Part shown: positions 29,163 through 37,661 of the stretch, in pieces
Layout of the letters: each line of letters starts with the position of its first letter
Position numbering within the stretch: the stretch's first letter is position 1
Assembly (NCBI GenBank): GCA_030698625.1
Contig: JAUYMS010000047.1
Coordinates: 12,210-76,209 of the forward strand
DNA: 64,000 nucleotides
Origin: Candidatus Omnitrophota bacterium
GTDB taxonomy: Bacteria; Omnitrophota; Omnitrophia; Omnitrophales; Aquincolibacteriaceae
Reading direction: 5' to 3'
The notes under the pieces: generated by a model
Databases searched by the model: none
Told to the model about the DNA's origin: nothing
The model's input: only the letters and a program-made list of their open reading frames with translations
Program-made: the position numbers and the translations under genes

Positions 29163-29481
29163 GTTATAAAAAGTTGAAACTTAAGTATATAGACTTTCCC
29201 ACTATGTCCGGGAAGGTCCTGGTAATTACACGAATCGTGCCAACTTTCCGTGAGGAGCAGTTATAGACTCACCTGGGGGGAATATTAGCGGGATGCTATC
29301 GATTGCGTGTTAGGGAAATCGGACTTAACGAACTTCGTGTACGTTGCAAGAATGACCATATGTCTATTTCTTTGAACGTAAACATTTGGATTGGCCTTTA
29401 ATACGATTGTCTGTAAGGACTTAAGGGTGCGTCGATTTATATGAACGCTATGTGGTACACGTTCATCTTTATTTTAGACGC

Positions 29482-30126
29482 TTAAGCGAGAACCGGGTCG
29501 ACCCAGATGACCTTGTTATCTATGAGGGCTTTGATTCTATCGGGCATCAGACGTCCATTCACACGTCGCATCTGTGAATTGGTCGCCTTCTCTTGATCGA
29601 GAAGAAGCAGAAACAGGACAACGGCTCCCATCATCTTCAGAGGCTCGAATACAGGCATCAGCACCGAGGTCATCCCCATGAGACTGCCGCCGATCATCAT
29701 AAGGAGCGCAACCATCAGGACCTGACGATTTCTGGGCATATCCCACAGAGCCCTATAAAGTCGAACCATGGTCACGGCAGCAAAACACGCGGCAATGCCC
29801 ATGACGATCACATGAGTCTGGGATGCGATTTCGATAAAAGACACGGCCAGCATGAGCATAACCAGCATACCCCATGAACGCTTGTCCGTGGCTCGAGTTG
29901 CCATATTTCTCATACTGTTGGCGACGACACTGCTTAGAATTGCCAGCACAGCGGCAAACCACCTTACGGCTGAGCCCTCCCAATATATGTCAAGCGTGGA
30001 ATTCTGTCCTGCGGTTGAACTTAAATGAGCATATACGGCGCCACCGGCAATAATGCCTCCGATAACCGATAGTGACGTAATCATCGCCTTGTGGGGTAGA
30101 TATTCTGCAATTGATTTTCTGTCCAT
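29482..30126 (-). CDS. Small polytopic membrane protein of unknown function (paralog family member 3 of 3)
   Basis: VRWFAAVLAILSSVVANSMRNMATRATDKRSW aligns block-for-block with member 2. Confidence 0.5.
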   Translation of the reverse strand: MDRKSIAEYLPHKAMITSLSVIGGIIAGGAVYAHLSSTAGQNSTLDIYWEGSAVRWFAAVLAILSSVVANSMRNMATRATDKRSWGMLVMLMLAVSFIEIASQTHVIVMGIAACFAAVTMVRLYRALWDMPRNRQVLMVALLMMIGGSLMGMTSVLMPVFEPLKMMGAVVLFLLLLDQEKATNSQMRRVNGRLMPDRIKALIDNKVIWVDPVLA

Positions 30127-30278
30127 AACAGCCTCCTTTTATTGCTTTAATCGCCCCCCTTTAAAAAAGCGATAAGGCGCTTAAAGGTTACCCGATGATG
30201 TCTCAAACTTCAAGAATGGGAGTCAAAATAGGTAGACAAAATTGTTCTATCTTGGAAGGCGATGATGTTAGAAGGGCT

Positions 30279-30779
30279 CTATCTGCTATATCTCTTGGTG
30301 CGAGGCATCATGTCTGTCTTCAGGCGGTCAATACGGTCAAAGAAGAGGACGCCATTGAGGTGATCTAGCTCATGCTGGATACAAATGGCCTCTATGCCTG
30401 CGGACTCCTTTTCATGCATAAACCCCTCCACATCAAGCCAGCGCACCCGGATTCGGTTGTAGCGGTTTAGGTTTCCCGTATAGTCGGGAACGCTCATGCA
30501 GCCCTCTCGACTGGGGCAAGGCTCCTGCTTGTCCAAGATAATGGGATTAATCAGGACCAGGCAAACCGCGTCCGCTACTCGGGGTGACACATCCACGATT
30601 GCGATCTGACGGGGAATGCCGACTTGGGGGGCGGCAATACCAATACCATGAGGCTGGCTGCGCATGGTCTTTTCCATCGCATGCACGATCGTACTGAGCT
30701 TTGCATCAAAGAAGCGCACGGGTTTTGCATGCTGCCGCAAAACCGAATCTGGGAATATGCGAATGGATAATGCCGGCAT
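30279..30779 (-). CDS. def: Peptide deformylase
   Basis: GIGIAAPQVG, EGCMS and QHELDHLNG are the three deformylase motifs. Confidence 0.9.
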   Translation of the reverse strand: MPALSIRIFPDSVLRQHAKPVRFFDAKLSTIVHAMEKTMRSQPHGIGIAAPQVGIPRQIAIVDVSPRVADAVCLVLINPIILDKQEPCPSREGCMSVPDYTGNLNRYNRIRVRWLDVEGFMHEKESAGIEAICIQHELDHLNGVLFFDRIDRLKTDMMPRTKRYSR

Positions 30780-30788
30780 GAGTAAGAT

Positions 30789-31337
30789 TTAAAACTCGAA
30801 GCGCTCGACGGCCTTCAGCTCAACAGCTGTTTTGAGCTTCGTGGCCAGGTTAACCGAGATGCGCTTAATCTTCGCTGGGGCAAAATTACGCGGAATATCC
30901 ACTTCAAGGAGCATGGCGTACAAGGTCTTTGAGCCCTTTCCCAGAATCTTGGAATTTAGGTCTGTAATATTGAGACCGTGGCGAGCAAGTATCTGACTCG
31001 TCGTATACACGATGCCCGTCTTATCCCGGGCAACGATGCTCAGAATATGCGGCACGGTTCCCTTTCCGTGCTTCTCGCCCCGTTTTAGCTCGTGGTGAAT
31101 CTCATTAAACCGAACCTGGACTCCGGTCTTTTTCTGCCAAGCCTTGAGCTTCCCTTGGACGGAGTCGTTCTTTCGGGCGCTTGGGATCGCGACAATCAAC
31201 ATCATCGCAAACTCACCTTCGAGTATTGTCATGCTGATGTCTTCTAAATTCAGACGCTCCTTGTAAAGGATTCCTGTTACTCCGGCGATAATTCCCGGCT
31301 GATCTTTGCCGATCACTGTGATTATGGCGTGTTTCAT
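30789..31337 (-). CDS. Tandem ACT-domain protein (GcvR/UPF0237-like)
   Basis: Two ACT-like units: ITVIGKDQPGIIAGVTGIL and LSIVARDKTGIVYTTSQIL. Confidence 0.6.
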   Translation of the reverse strand: MKHAIITVIGKDQPGIIAGVTGILYKERLNLEDISMTILEGEFAMMLIVAIPSARKNDSVQGKLKAWQKKTGVQVRFNEIHHELKRGEKHGKGTVPHILSIVARDKTGIVYTTSQILARHGLNITDLNSKILGKGSKTLYAMLLEVDIPRNFAPAKIKRISVNLATKLKTAVELKAVERFEF

Positions 31338-32743
31338 CGCGCTTCTCCACTCGGTTCACCCAGCAGCTCGGCAAGTTTTCCGAGCCCCACCTGAACCAGT
31401 TCTTGGCCCCGCTCCTGAAATAGCTGGCGAGACAGATAATTAAGATCCGGCTGTACCGTAGCATTCGGAAGCAGACCCCGATAGACAAAGGGCAGGACAA
31501 TCCTTCCCTGCTGATTTTTCACAACAGCCAGCTCTTTGACCTTCTTAAGCAGAAATTGACTAAGGTACTCCAGCATCACGAGCTTCGCACGAAAATCGAC
31601 ATCCTGCTGCAGCAAGCCGGCGCTTCCGTCGGCTTCCATCATATAGTGCTCGTGCTTAACTTGAAGACCCGTGAGGAAAGCACGGCTCTGAAGGATCTGA
31701 AAATTAGCCTTTAGGAGTTCAAACGGGGTGTCCTCGCCCTGCATGACCGGGGTGAGCTCTTCAGGCACGCGCTCTAGGAGAATCTGCCCCAATCCCGGGA
31801 TCGGCGTCAATTGCGACAGCACGCGGCTTATAAAGTTAATATTCTTGAAAGCTCCGTTTCGCACGTCCACGGCCCCCTGCATAGCCAGCGTACGCTTCAG
31901 CATATCAGGGTGAGTTCCCTCAGCCGAACCTTCGAGCTTAGCCGTCAGAATACCCGTGAGATATTCACGATCCTTCATCTCTGCCGGAGTCACAGACTCC
32001 AGATCCAACTGATGAACGTTTAGGTTCCCCTTAAATTGAGGCTGCGAGGCAAGGTTCGAGATCTCCCCTTCCAAGACCACCTTATCGGGCCCATAAACCG
32101 CTTTAAACACAAGGATGCCGATCGCATGGTCGTAGACCCCATCTATATTCAGGTTTGGTTGCCTCGAACCAAACAAGCCCGCGCTTCCATTCATCCGCAA
32201 GGGGGCTCCAAAACTCTGCTGTCTCATCGTAAATTCAATATGATCCACTTGAATTACGAACGGCATTTGATAAGACTCGTCCTGATAGTGCAGTTTTCCC
32301 TCGTGAACACGCACTGATGAAATGAAGACGACCCAGGCACTCGATAGCCCCGGCTCCGCCCCGGGCTGCTTTGGCTGCCAATTCCACTGACCCGTTCGAG
32401 ACTTCCGGATATAGATTTCGGGCCGATGCAGTTCAAAAAAGGGAATCGAGACCTCCTTGTTGAGCAACCCCCGCAGGTTAAATCCCGCAGTAGCACTTCC
32501 GGTCTTTAACAGGATTTCATCTGACTTGGGATCACGCAGTTCTACGCCGCTGATCTCAAACTGCATGTCAATCCCCCACCGCACCGAGATATATCCCAAT
32601 TGAGCCTTGGCTCCCACAGCATCGCCGATTGTCTGCTCAATAGAGGGTTTTAAATCATTGGGGTCGAATTGCAACAGCAGTACGGCACCAGCGCCTATAG
32701 CGACAACGACCATAACCAGCACGACAACTAAAATTATTTTCAT
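31334..32743 (-). CDS. AsmA-family outer-membrane assembly protein
   Basis: An N-terminal TM followed by LLLQFDPNDLKPSIEQTIGDAVGAKAQLGYISVRW, which is typical of the AsmA N-terminal domain. Confidence 0.65.
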   Translation of the reverse strand: MKIILVVVLVMVVVAIGAGAVLLLQFDPNDLKPSIEQTIGDAVGAKAQLGYISVRWGIDMQFEISGVELRDPKSDEILLKTGSATAGFNLRGLLNKEVSIPFFELHRPEIYIRKSRTGQWNWQPKQPGAEPGLSSAWVVFISSVRVHEGKLHYQDESYQMPFVIQVDHIEFTMRQQSFGAPLRMNGSAGLFGSRQPNLNIDGVYDHAIGILVFKAVYGPDKVVLEGEISNLASQPQFKGNLNVHQLDLESVTPAEMKDREYLTGILTAKLEGSAEGTHPDMLKRTLAMQGAVDVRNGAFKNINFISRVLSQLTPIPGLGQILLERVPEELTPVMQGEDTPFELLKANFQILQSRAFLTGLQVKHEHYMMEADGSAGLLQQDVDFRAKLVMLEYLSQFLLKKVKELAVVKNQQGRIVLPFVYRGLLPNATVQPDLNYLSRQLFQERGQELVQVGLGKLAELLGEPSGEAR

Positions 32744-33225
32744 ACGTCTTCAGCCCAAACCTCTTCGTACGACCAGATGCCGTCGGCACGGTTCTTCGCC
32801 TCCTCCTGCACCTTCAGGAATTCGTTTCTCTTTTCAAACACATATCGTCTCGGGACGCGCGCCGCCCCAATAGACAATAACCACTCATTAATCATCATCC
32901 GTGTTGTCTTATACTTTCCCCCGGGTTCAAAAGGGAAATTAATCTCATTGGCATCGATATATAAATACACCGGCGTGGCGGCAAAACTATCCGTTTCACT
33001 AAGTTCATCGTCACGCTTTACCGTAACATCTTTTCCCGCTAGCAGAGCCGGCAGCATACGAATCGTCTCCGGACTCAGCTGCACACCCGCAAGCATAACC
33101 GACTCATCGGTCCCAAGCACAAGAATGCCCTCTTCAGAAACGCGTACAACTTGCTCCGCTAGAGCATATCCGTTGGGAATGAGATTGAAACTGAGGAGAA
33201 CAAGAAGAAGCTGGGTAGAGCGCAA
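32740..33225 (-). CDS. Secreted SNase-like (thermonuclease-fold) protein, probably catalytically degenerate
   Basis: A signal peptide, an SNase-like layout and the C-terminal AKNRADGIWS motif. The canonical D-D-T/IDAPE catalytic positions are substituted (VQLSPE). Confidence 0.3.
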   Translation of the reverse strand: MRSTQLLLVLLSFNLIPNGYALAEQVVRVSEEGILVLGTDESVMLAGVQLSPETIRMLPALLAGKDVTVKRDDELSETDSFAATPVYLYIDANEINFPFEPGGKYKTTRMMINEWLLSIGAARVPRRYVFEKRNEFLKVQEEAKNRADGIWSYEEVWAEDV

Positions 33226-33226
33226 C

Positions 33227-33637
33227 TCAGGATGTGATTGGTTCTTTTGGAAACGGTTGATATCGGATCATTTCGCCACGCGCGTATATAAGCCCTTCGG
33301 GGAACTCGCCGTTGCTCGGCTCCGGCCAGTACTGCACATTGACCACTCGGTGCGCCCCATAGCGTTTTTTGGCTGTTGACGCCAATTTATCACGAAGGGC
33401 CTTTTTGTACAAGTCCGCCCGGGACGGGGTATTTGCCAGGTTGAAGGTCATAAGCTTTATCCCCGACCACATGCCGGCCTCCGGCGCAAGCAACACTGCG
33501 TTTTCACTAACCTCAAGTTCTCCAAGGGAAATAAAGGCGATATCCGAATCCTTCTCGGTGGCGCGCACCTTTTCCACGCTTGAACACCCGGTTATAAAAG
33601 ACACGCTTATAGCAGCTAGTATGACCCAGTATCTCAC
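33227..33637 (-). CDS. Lipoprotein of unknown function
   Basis: The signal peptide carries a lipobox (FITGC). Confidence 0.5.
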   Translation of the reverse strand: MRYWVILAAISVSFITGCSSVEKVRATEKDSDIAFISLGELEVSENAVLLAPEAGMWSGIKLMTFNLANTPSRADLYKKALRDKLASTAKKRYGAHRVVNVQYWPEPSNGEFPEGLIYARGEMIRYQPFPKEPITS

Positions 33638-33719
33638 CTTTATAACATCGGGCTCTTGACGGAATTCTTTAGCATAATTGGAGTTACGTTCGCATGGTAA
33701 AGAAATAGCATAATATAGC

Positions 33720-33748
33720 TTGCAAAGGGACTTCTTATGCTATATTAT
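33720..33748 (+). promoter_or_regulatory. Putative sigma-70 promoter for the FecR-domain gene
   Basis: TTGCAA-N17-TATTAT lies about 40 nt upstream of the start, in an AT-rich divergent intergenic region. Confidence 0.35.
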
Positions 33749-33788
33749 TATCTATGAGTGACTGAGTCTGCGATATATTGAGCTTTTA

Positions 33789-34829
33789 TTGATGGTGAAA
33801 AAAGTGAAACTAAGCAGAATCGTGACTCAGACAATTTTAATACTGATCTTGAACCTCGGAGCTGGCGTTGCACCTCCGGCGCCTCTCGCGATATCGCCCC
33901 CATCAGCCCAAGATCAGGCTAAATCCCTCATAGATCACAAAGCCCAAATATTGACACTCCAGGGCAAAGTCACCGTACTTCGTACTGGTAAAGATCAGTG
34001 GCGAGCGCTGACTTCACAGGACATTATCTATGAAGGGGATCAAATCAAAACAGGGCCGGGTGCCCATCTGGAATTATACTTTGACGACTATTATCTGAAT
34101 ATCGCGCGAGTCGGCCCAAACAGTTTGGTGCATTTCCGCGCCATCGAACCCACCGACATATTAATTTACGATGGGGAGCTCTTCAACTCTTTGGATGCAC
34201 TGCCGCCAGGTTCCACCTACGAAGTGGCAACTCCCACATCCGTCGTAGGCGTTCGAGGAACTCAGTTTCTCCGCCGGCACAATGCCGCCACCGGCGTGTC
34301 TAGCACCTATGTCATTGAAGGCGTCGTGCAACATCTTATCATCGACCGCGTCGGCAAGCTCTTAGACGTCCAACAGATTCACGCTGAACAGTTCATGCGC
34401 GTAAGTCAAACCGCCGTCGACCAAAATTTAATTCCCGAACCCCAAACCATTCCGAAAACAGCATTCAAAGCGGTGCAAAACCAATTCACACAATCACGAT
34501 CTGAGATGACGCGGTTTTCTGGGCAAGAAAATCACTACACTGACGGCAAAGAGCGTTATCACAAAATGATTGCAAGTAAATCCGCTCAAAAAATGATGGC
34601 GCGTGAATTTGACATTGCCGATGACCGAGCTGTCTTCACCGGAGAATCCCAGGACTTCGTCCTCCCTGAACCTGTCGAGCGCTTGGAAATAAGCACAGAA
34701 GTTGCAGAGGCTATCGAGCAGTCAATCGTTGAACACGACTTTGCCCAGCGCGGCCCAACAGTTGACAGATTAACAGCACCAGCGATGGGTGCATCTCTTC
34801 TGAGGAAGGACTCGGACGACGATAAATAA
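33789..34829 (+). CDS. FecR-domain protein (periplasmic sensor/anti-sigma-like beta-sandwich), secreted
   Basis: Signal peptide, then LTLQGKVTVLRTGKDQWRALTSQDIIYEGDQIKTGPGAHLELYFDD, the FecR-domain pattern. This is the only plus-strand gene. Confidence 0.6.
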   Translation: MMVKKVKLSRIVTQTILILILNLGAGVAPPAPLAISPPSAQDQAKSLIDHKAQILTLQGKVTVLRTGKDQWRALTSQDIIYEGDQIKTGPGAHLELYFDDYYLNIARVGPNSLVHFRAIEPTDILIYDGELFNSLDALPPGSTYEVATPTSVVGVRGTQFLRRHNAATGVSSTYVIEGVVQHLIIDRVGKLLDVQQIHAEQFMRVSQTAVDQNLIPEPQTIPKTAFKAVQNQFTQSRSEMTRFSGQENHYTDGKERYHKMIASKSAQKMMAREFDIADDRAVFTGESQDFVLPEPVERLEISTEVAEAIEQSIVEHDFAQRGPTVDRLTAPAMGASLLRKDSDDDK

Positions 34830-36158
34830 TCACCGTAACGTTAGCTGTGAGCGGGCCCACGTCATCGCTTCTTCTCGAGTCTTTATCTTCCCTTCCAACT
34901 GCAGTTCATAGGCCTCTTCGAGCAGCGGTTTCATCTTAGGGCCCGGCTTCATGCCGAGTTCTTTGAGGTCATTGCCGTTCAGGACGGGTTCCGGCTTCAG
35001 TTCTTCTGCTGCATACTCAAGCATTTTTTCTTTAAGAAAAATGTAATTATCTAAAATGCCGTGACACGCCCTGCAGTCGATCTTATGCAGCTCCAACTCT
35101 TCGCTGAAAGTGGGCCTCGAGACAAAGCGCTTCAGCTTGCCCTCTCGCATCTTCTGCACATCCCCAAATTTCATATGGTTCGCAACGGCCTCGGCCACGT
35201 CTGCTATTTCCCGATTTGAAAAACGCAGTCGCCGCATGATCTCCTCAGTCATGCGCGCGCCGATCGGAGCGTGCTCATAAAAGCAGATCCGCCCGTTCCG
35301 AACCGCATAAGTCCTGGGTTTCGCAATATCGTGGAAAAGGGCACCGAAAGCGAGCGCTATCGAGTCATTGCCCTCAAGTTGTTCGAGGAGCATCCGGGTG
35401 TGCACGAACACATCCCCTTCCGGATGATATTCGGGAGGCTGCTGGACGCCCTTCATGGCCTCTATTTCCGGAAGAATCTCTTTCATGAGGCCGGAGTCGG
35501 AAAGAAGCCTATAGCCCTTGGCGGCGCCGGATCTTGTAAACGTCTTAATCAATTCGTCGCGAATGCGCTCCGCACTCACAGCATGAATTTCTTTGGCCTG
35601 CTTGCAGATCGCTTGCCACGTTTGGCCTTCGATCTCGAAGTTCAGATTCGCGGCAAATCGCACAGCTCTAAGCAACCTCAATTTGTCTTCAGCAAACCGC
35701 TTAGCCGGCTCCCCGATCGCCCGAATGCGCTTCGCGGCGATATCGGCTTCACCACCGACGTAATCGATGACCTTTTTCCCGAAGGGATCGTAGAAGAGCC
35801 CGTTGACCGTAAAATCCCGCCGATGGGCATCTTCTTCCGGTCCGGTAAATTTTACATTGCTCGGATGACGCCCGTCCTGGTAGCCGTCCTCCGTCCGAAA
35901 CGTGGCTACTTCAAAATGCTTCGCGTCATCCTGAACCACGATAATGACGCCAAACTGTTTTCCGACAGCTACGGTTTTGGGGAAAAGGGCCTCGACTTCA
36001 GCCGGCGCGGCGGATGTCGCAATGTCAAAATCCTGCGGCTCCTTCTTCATCAGAAAATCTCGGACGCAGCCACCCGCGAAATAGGCCTTATGGCCGGCAG
36101 ATTTTAAACGCTCCGCAATCGTATATGCGATCGTGCCTGTGCCGCGCGATAAATCCAT
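34830..36158 (-). CDS. cca: CCA tRNA nucleotidyltransferase (class II, with HD domain)
   Basis: YFAGGCVRDFLM...DFDIATSA head domain and an HD region (LFHDIAKP). Confidence 0.85.
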   Translation of the reverse strand: MDLSRGTGTIAYTIAERLKSAGHKAYFAGGCVRDFLMKKEPQDFDIATSAAPAEVEALFPKTVAVGKQFGVIIVVQDDAKHFEVATFRTEDGYQDGRHPSNVKFTGPEEDAHRRDFTVNGLFYDPFGKKVIDYVGGEADIAAKRIRAIGEPAKRFAEDKLRLLRAVRFAANLNFEIEGQTWQAICKQAKEIHAVSAERIRDELIKTFTRSGAAKGYRLLSDSGLMKEILPEIEAMKGVQQPPEYHPEGDVFVHTRMLLEQLEGNDSIALAFGALFHDIAKPRTYAVRNGRICFYEHAPIGARMTEEIMRRLRFSNREIADVAEAVANHMKFGDVQKMREGKLKRFVSRPTFSEELELHKIDCRACHGILDNYIFLKEKMLEYAAEELKPEPVLNGNDLKELGMKPGPKMKPLLEEAYELQLEGKIKTREEAMTWARSQLTLR

Positions 36159-36160
36159 AA

Positions 36161-36475
36161 TTAACCGAAAAAGTCCCGGGCCTTCTTTTTGCCGACAACC
36201 TTGTGGTAGTCGCCGTAATCAATAAAAGTCAGATCGGGCCGCTGTTCCTGAGCTCTCTTCACGATCCTGAATCGCTCTCCTTCGTGCTGGTCCGCCCGTC
36301 TGCTGCTCAGATACTTGAACTGCACTCCGCACTCCGGACAGGCATGGGCGTCAAAGGAAATGCCCAGCGCCCGGCAAGCGCTGCAATCTGCTTTCAAGTC
36401 GCCCATAATCAGCAGATGCTTCTCGACATCCGTAATATCAAATTCCTTATAGATGCGTAAGTAAGACTTGCTCAT
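36161..36475 (-). CDS. Small zinc-ribbon protein (two CxxC pairs)
   Basis: CSAC ... CPEC, 104 aa. Overlaps the downstream-transcribed partner by 4 nt. Confidence 0.4.
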   Translation of the reverse strand: MSKSYLRIYKEFDITDVEKHLLIMGDLKADCSACRALGISFDAHACPECGVQFKYLSSRRADQHEGERFRIVKRAQEQRPDLTFIDYGDYHKVVGKKKARDFFG

Positions 36476-36942
36476 AGCCTGTAGACCTCGTCGTTTTCGC
36501 GAACCCGCGATTTGACCCCCAGCCCCACTTCTTCACCCTTCATGCCGCGGTCAACCGGTATTCGATTAATTTGGAGCGACCGTACTTTCATTTTAAGATC
36601 GGTCGTGGATCCCTTTATGTGAATTTTATCACCGTTACTCAGCGCTTCTTTATCGAGCTTGATGGCACACGCGCGAGCCCCGGTATAATAATGCGTCACG
36701 TAGCCGACAAGGATCTGCTTACTTTTTACCGCCTTCTTCTTTTTGCCAGTTTTTCTTTTTTTGACGGTTTTCAGAGGCTTACGCTGCGGCTTTTTCTTGC
36801 GGACTACCTTCTTCTTAGCAGCGGTTTTCTTTTTTTTGAGCTTTTTCGGCTTTTCATAACTCGGACTGCTAGCCTTCTTGATAACATTCAGCATTTTTTT
36901 AAACCAATTCGCCATACGGTTACTTTGCTTCTCCTTTGACAA
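36472..36942 (-). CDS. Lysine-rich (histone H1-like tail) protein with a small C-terminal beta-barrel-like domain
   Basis: Residues ~30-75 are more than 50% K/R. The C-terminal ILVGYVTHYYTGARACAIKLD...IHIKG resembles EF-Tu domain-2-like barrels. Confidence 0.4.
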   Translation of the reverse strand: MSKEKQSNRMANWFKKMLNVIKKASSPSYEKPKKLKKKKTAAKKKVVRKKKPQRKPLKTVKKRKTGKKKKAVKSKQILVGYVTHYYTGARACAIKLDKEALSNGDKIHIKGSTTDLKMKVRSLQINRIPVDRGMKGEEVGLGVKSRVRENDEVYRL

Positions 36943-37660
36943 GCGGCACGAAGCGCACCGGCAATACCTCCTGTGTAATCAATCGCCCGCCTCGTTTTAC
37001 TCCGACGATCAGATTTTGAGACTTCTCGCCGACAGGCAGAATCATCCGGCCGCCGTCTTTCAACTGGTCCACCAAGGCCTCCGGCACATGCGCCGCGGCA
37101 GCCGTCACCATGATCTTATCAAAGGGAGCAAACTCGGGCCACCCCTTCCAGCCATCCCCGAGTTTGCAGCTGATGTTTCTATAATCCATCTGCCCCAGCC
37201 GCTCCTTGGCCTGTTGATAAAGCGGTTCCACGATCTCAATCGTGTAAACTTCGGCCGCCAGCCTCGCCAAAACAGCCGCCTGATACCCCGACCCCGTCCC
37301 AATCTCGAGGACCCGGTCATCCGGCGCAATTTCAAGAGCTTCCGTCATAAAAGCCACTATATACGGCTGCGAAATAGTCTGATCATGTCCGATCTCGAGA
37401 GGGCCGTCCTCATACGCTTTCAATTGTAAGTGCAGGGGCACAAAGAGATGGCGCGGTATGTCCCGCATGACCTTCAAAAGCCGCGGATCATGGATTCCGC
37501 GCGCCTCGATTTGCCTCTTCACCATGCCTTCCCGCATTCGGTCAAACCTCTCCTTGTTTGCGCTGAGATAGCTTTCGAAATCAGTTCCACGCGCCGCTTG
37601 TCCCGCGCACAATAAAACCGTCAGCATGCCTGTGAGAACAATCAATGTATTCCGCTTCAT
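36920..37660 (-). CDS. pcm: Protein-L-isoaspartate O-methyltransferase
   Basis: VLEIGTGSGYQAAVLA. I prefer the start at MKRNTL (37660), which carries a signal-like N-terminus; the ORF-track start at 37921 would overlap rmuC. Confidence 0.85.
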   Translation of the reverse strand: MKRNTLIVLTGMLTVLLCAGQAARGTDFESYLSANKERFDRMREGMVKRQIEARGIHDPRLLKVMRDIPRHLFVPLHLQLKAYEDGPLEIGHDQTISQPYIVAFMTEALEIAPDDRVLEIGTGSGYQAAVLARLAAEVYTIEIVEPLYQQAKERLGQMDYRNISCKLGDGWKGWPEFAPFDKIMVTAAAAHVPEALVDQLKDGGRMILPVGEKSQNLIVGVKRGGRLITQEVLPVRFVPLVKGEAK

Positions 37661-37661
37661 G

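Noticed and set aside
29229-29243. Sigma-54 -24-like element TGGCACG upstream of the HTH gene
   Set aside because: The matching -12 element is absent (GTGTA instead of TTGCA/GC) and no enhancer-binding protein gene is nearby. Not called as a promoter.
30127-30278. Imperfect inverted repeat (TAATCGC ... GCGATAA) downstream of def
   Set aside because: The stem has a mismatch and no U-tract. def is immediately followed by the next gene on the same strand, so no terminator is called.
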